DNA of 64,000 nt from Obrimoposthia wandeli (taxonomy: Eukaryota), in contig CDROCS010000506.1 of NCBI GenBank assembly GCA_977020255.1, forward strand, positions 1-64,000, written 5' to 3'. The translations under genes were made by a program, and so were the position numbers. Below are positions 61,511-64,000 of the stretch, one piece after another. Every line of letters starts with the position of its first letter. Positions within the stretch are counted from its first letter, which is position 1. The notes below the pieces were generated by a model. It saw nothing but the letters and a program-made list of their open reading frames with translations. It was not told where the DNA came from and ran no database searches.

Positions 61511-62719
61511 TTATAAGCTAATGAAAATACCCGCTAATGCTGCACTCATTAAGTTAGCCAATGTTGCCGCTAATACCGCTTTAAAGCCTAAGCTTGCCAC
61601 ATCTGAACGACGCTCTGGCGCCATCACACCGATAGAACCGATTTGAATAGCGATAGAGCCAATGTTAGCAAAACCACACAATGCAAAAGTAATAATTATT
61701 TGACTGTGCTCAGAGATAGTGTCTTTAATCGATGCAAAATCCATGAACGCCACAAATTCATTTAGGATCATTTTTTGACCGATGAACGAACCTGCTACCA
61801 GCATTTCATTTTCAGGTATACCAATCATAAAGGCCAGTGGTGCGAAGATGTAACCCAGTACACTTTGTAATGTTAGGTTTTCAATGCTTATCCAGTTACC
61901 AAGTACTTCTAAACCTGCATTGGCCATGGCAATTACACTCACAAAGGCGATTAGCATAGTACCAATTGCCACAGCAACCTTCATGCCATTCATCGCACCG
62001 CCAGCTAATGCATCAATTGCATTACTGTGCTCGCTTTTTGCCATTTCAACATTAGCGCCTTCAGTGACCGTTTCTTGCTCTGGCACTAATAACTTCGCCA
62101 TCAACAAACTGCCCGGCGCCGCCATGAAACTTGCGGCGATCAGGTATTTAATTTCAACGCCTAAACCTGCGTAGCCACCCAGTACACTACCTGCTACCGA
62201 TGCCATACCACCCGTCATCACAGCGAACAATTCTGAACGTGTCATTGTTGGTAAGAAAGGCTTCACTAATAACGGTGATTCACCTTGCGATAGGAAGATG
62301 TTACCTGTTGCTGCTAATGATTCCACACGACTGGTACCAAGAAACTTCTGGATACCACCGCCAATCACTTTAATCACCCACTGCATAACACCGATGTAAT
62401 ACAGTAAGGAGATGAGCGCACTAATAAAGATAACTAACGGTAATACGCGGATCGCAAAGACAAAGCCTTCCGTCGCTAAATCACCAAATAAGAATTGGAT
62501 ACCCACATCAGCAAATCCAAGCAGACCGGCAACACCGCTGCTCATCGCGCCTAACATTGATTGACCAATAGAAGAATAAAGCACAATGGCAGCAAAACTC
62601 GCTTGCAGGAACAATGCCCCACCCACGGTACGCCAATTGATCGCTTTACGGTTTTCAGAAAGTGCGCATGCACATAAAATAAGTACTAAAATACCAACTA
62701 AACTAATTAACAACTGCAT
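61511..62719 (-). CDS. nupC: Concentrative nucleoside transporter (CNT, NupC/NupX family)
   Basis: SENRKAINWRTV, GNIFLSQGESP, GQKMILNEFVAF, FALCGFANIGS. Confidence 0.9.
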   Translation of the reverse strand: MQLLISLVGILVLILCACALSENRKAINWRTVGGALFLQASFAAIVLYSSIGQSMLGAMSSGVAGLLGFADVGIQFLFGDLATEGFVFAIRVLPLVIFISALISLLYYIGVMQWVIKVIGGGIQKFLGTSRVESLAATGNIFLSQGESPLLVKPFLPTMTRSELFAVMTGGMASVAGSVLGGYAGLGVEIKYLIAASFMAAPGSLLMAKLLVPEQETVTEGANVEMAKSEHSNAIDALAGGAMNGMKVAVAIGTMLIAFVSVIAMANAGLEVLGNWISIENLTLQSVLGYIFAPLAFMIGIPENEMLVAGSFIGQKMILNEFVAFMDFASIKDTISEHSQIIITFALCGFANIGSIAIQIGSIGVMAPERRSDVASLGFKAVLAATLANLMSAALAGIFISL

Positions 62720-63080
62720 TATTTCATCCTGGTCTTAAAAATAAATGTATAAGAATGAAGGTGTGATACCAATTGGAATAAAATTTAGATGGCAGTAAAC
62801 GCAGGAAAAATTAACACCCAGTGGGATTAACTTAGACCTGATTCGATGATCATGATTTTATTGCAATGGGTATTACGTGCATTGGTATATGAGGTGAGGA
62901 AAAACAGCATTTTTGGATAAAAATAATCTAGTCAGTCCGCCCAATAACAACATACGAGTCACCTTGATAGCAAGCTACAGTCACGCTGGTCCAAAATCCT
63001 TGGGTCGTTCACATTTCCTTGGTGACGGCTTGTAACTAAGGTGGCTAAACTCGATGGTTCTGGCCGGATGAGAATTGTAT

Positions 63081-63096
63081 AGAGATCTAGTTCACA
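63081..63096. promoter_or_regulatory. CRP-type site between divergent nupC and ivd
   Basis: AGAGA-TCTAGT-TCACA: one perfect half-site and a near-consensus spacer. Confidence 0.55.
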
Positions 63097-63351
63097 TTAA
63101 CAACACTTTCCGCACTTTTACTTTAAATATTAAATTAATGCTTAACAATTAAACTAAGTCCGTAGTTATTAAACTAAATGTACAACTGAAAATGAAGCAA
63201 ATATCTCCAGCTCCAAATTGGCAACCCCCTCGTTAACGACCATACTCAAACTAATGAAAGACAAGATTAATTCGCCAGTTCAGTAAGACTCTTGACTAAC
63301 TCTAACTCTAACTGTAGTCGTTCGTCATAGAGTCCCGAATAAGGAAAGTAG

Positions 63352-64000
63352 ATGCCTAATTCCTATACCTCACTTAACTTCGCCCTCGGTGAAACAATCG
63401 ATCTACTGCGCGACAGTGTCGCGGCGTTTGCCGAAGATGAAATAGCACCTCGCGCAGCGCAAATCGATAAAGACAATTTGTTTCCAGCAGATATGTGGCG
63501 CAAGTTTGGTGATATGGGGTTATTGGGCATTACCATCAGCGAAGAATATGGCGGCGTTAACATGAGTTACCTCGCCCACGTTGTTGCGATGCAGGAAATA
63601 AGTCGCGCTTCAGCCTCGGTCGGGCTCAGTTACGGTGCCCATTCAAACCTCTGCGTAAATCAAATTTACCGACATGGCAATGAACAACAAAAACAACAAT
63701 ACCTACCCAAACTCATCAGCGGCGAACACGTGGGTGCACTTGCCATGACCGAGCCTAACGCTGGTTCTGACGTGGTATCAATGAAGCTAAGTGCGCAATT
63801 AGACGGCGATGACTATGTGCTAAATGGCAATAAAATGTGGATCACCAATGGTCCCGAAGCCAGTACTTATATTGTTTACGCCAAAACAGCCCCTGAATTA
63901 AACAGCCACGGTATTACTGCTTTTATCGTTGAACGCGGCTTTGTCGGATTTAGCCAAGCACAAAAACTCGATAAGCTCGGCATGCGTGGTTCCAATACTT
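63352..64000 (+). CDS. ivd: Isovaleryl-CoA dehydrogenase (partial, runs off the window)
   Basis: Not in the ORF track. My translation from ATG 63352 (AAGGA RBS): [39 protein letters not shown]...[13 protein letters not shown]...[14 protein letters not shown]...GNKMWITNG...[10 protein letters not shown]. Confidence 0.9.
   Translation, partial: MPNSYTSLNFALGETIDLLRDSVAAFAEDEIAPRAAQIDKDNLFPADMWRKFGDMGLLGITISEEYGGVNMSYLAHVVAMQEISRASASVGLSYGAHSNLCVNQIYRHGNEQQKQQYLPKLISGEHVGALAMTEPNAGSDVVSMKLSAQLDGDDYVLNGNKMWITNGPEASTYIVYAKTAPELNSHGITAFIVERGFVGFSQAQKLDKLGMRGSNT

Noticed and set aside
143-63563. Many 60-160 aa ORFs in the track that overlap larger genes on the opposite strand or in another frame
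   Set aside because: They are shadows of well-supported genes, with no recognisable motifs or RBS.
1-64000. CRISPR array, tRNA, rRNA, integrase or prophage genes
   Set aside because: None seen. The tandem repeats have no unique spacers and there are no cas or phage-like ORFs.

Overview
A 64 kb chromosomal window from an AT-rich marine gammaproteobacterium. Gene content and order look Moritella/Psychromonas-like, which is an inference and not a database result. I see no rRNA, tRNA, CRISPR array or intact mobile element. Recognisable content includes metY, an MCP, a BtuF-like/CWC-DUF5522/DUF71 B12-salvage trio, chrA, a divergent RpoS-like sigma factor, nnrS, feoABC, tyrP, an AMP-phosphorylase/PRPP-synthetase-like pair, ydbH-ynbE-ydbL and two HD-GYP genes. 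It also holds a eukaryotic-type hisA, a Leu/Val dehydrogenase-E1a-E1b-E2-icmF operon, a 2xDUF1538-PII-like-CBS operon, ugpBAEC, a CNT nucleoside transporter and the start of ivd. Regulatory sites are readable by eye: FNR, Fur, CRP, TyrR, MetJ and PhoB. The best leads are (1) the uncharacterised DUF1538/PII/CBS membrane module behind a perfect FNR class II promoter, (2) an unannotated 27-aa ORF with its own RBS, terminator and upstream CRP site, (3) a branched-chain catabolic operon ending in the B12 mutase IcmF, (4) the AMP phosphorylase plus Prs paralog, and (5) an RpoS paralog with an altered region 2.4. Caveat: about nine short garbled patches break otherwise normal genes. These look more like assembly errors than true decay, so all pseudogene calls need read-level checking.
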